In this document: piece after piece, positions 31,510 through 32,000 of the stretch
How the letters are laid out: each line of letters starts with the position of its first letter
How positions within the stretch are numbered: position 1 is the first letter of the stretch
From: Candidatus Saccharimonadota bacterium
GTDB taxonomy: Bacteria > Pseudomonadota > Gammaproteobacteria > Enterobacterales > Enterobacteriaceae
NCBI GenBank assembly: GCA_041941795.1
Contig: CP145872.1
Span: forward strand, 180,001 to 212,000
Direction: 5' to 3'
Length of the DNA: 32,000 nt
Translations under genes and position numbers: made by a program
The notes under the pieces: generated by a model
Seen by the model: only the letters and a program-made list of their open reading frames with translations
What the model was told of the DNA's origin: nothing
The model's database searches: none

Positions 31510-31908
31510 CTAACGTATATTAATAAATTTATTGGGAATAGAAGTCCGCATTAATATTTTCCATTTAAGAGCCTTATTATGTACTAAATAAATTAAACTT
31601 GATATTAGGATTATACTAAAAATAGATACTTCAAAAAATCCTAGCCACCCACTATCCCGAACAGTAATGGCCCAAATATATAAATAAAGTGCTTCGATAT
31701 CAAAAATTACAAATAATAAAGCTATTAAGTAAAATTTAGCCGAAAAACGCAAGCGAGCACTACCTACAGACTGCACTCCAGATTCAAAAGGAATATTTTT
31801 ACTATAACCGGTACTTTTCCCCCCCAATAACCATGAAATGCATAGAATGATAGTACATATTCCTAAAGAGACCATGCAATAAATCATAAATGATCCTAAA
31901 TTGAGCAT
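31510..31908 (-). CDS. nuoA: NADH:quinone oxidoreductase subunit A
   Basis: The 132-aa ORF with three TM segments contains [20 protein letters not shown] and [12 protein letters not shown], as in E. coli NuoA. A consensus AGGAGG Shine-Dalgarno (31919-31924, minus strand) lies 10 nt upstream of the ATG. It is the first gene of the operon. Confidence 0.92.
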   Translation of the reverse strand: MLNLGSFMIYCMVSLGICTIILCISWLLGGKSTGYSKNIPFESGVQSVGSARLRFSAKFYLIALLFVIFDIEALYLYIWAITVRDSGWLGFFEVSIFSIILISSLIYLVHNKALKWKILMRTSIPNKFINIR

Positions 31909-32000
31909 ATATTTTCATCCTCCTTATTGGAAATATTACATAAATTCTTGAAATATATATTTTTAAGTAATTAACTTTCTCGATATTAATTTTGAATTGT

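Noticed and set aside
1-32000. Scan of the whole window for CRISPR repeats, IS or transposase or integrase genes, prophage, toxin-antitoxin or defence-island gene clusters, long direct repeats, and altered genetic code.
   Set aside because: None was seen. Every ORF over 100 aa is a recognisable core housekeeping gene, and no periodic repeat array is present. TGA is used as a stop (rimM, nuoE, nuoK) and all genes are intact under the standard code. The window gives no sequence-level support for a novel system.

Overview
The window is strongly AT-rich, tightly packed and made almost entirely of conserved housekeeping genes. This looks like a reduced-genome gammaproteobacterial (Enterobacterales-type) insect endosymbiont. 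A Blochmannia/Baumannia-like lineage is only a guess from composition and protein similarity to E. coli.

Contents, left to right:
- tRNA-Arg(ACG) and gshA
- the rpsP-rimM-trmD-rplS ribosomal/tRNA-modification operon
- lgt-thyA-recC on the minus strand
- tRNA-Arg(UCU) and folD
- a DedA-family membrane protein (yohD-like) and a BAX-inhibitor-family membrane protein (ybhL-like)
- gpmA and nrdAB
- the complete 13-gene NADH:quinone oxidoreductase operon nuoA-N on the minus strand (17.0-31.9 kb), with nuoC and nuoD fused as in E. coli

I recognised the proteins by reading the supplied translations against remembered E. coli sequences and catalytic motifs. No search was run.

I see no CRISPR array, IS or transposase, integrase, phage, toxin-antitoxin or defence-like genes, and no unexplained multi-gene cluster. 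I therefore find no support for a novel system here, and every finding is scored modestly. The points worth a second look are:
- an unusually long ORF-free spacer of about 850 bp between gshA and rpsP, with GC-rich structured pieces
- a GC-rich 12-bp perfect inverted repeat between two convergent membrane-protein genes
- a hairpin whose loop is the rplS stop codon
- collapsed E. coli-like synteny blocks (recC without ptrA-recB-recD, nrdAB without yfaE)
- tRNA genes without an encoded CCA
- in-frame A9 tracts
- several start-codon corrections to the ORF track
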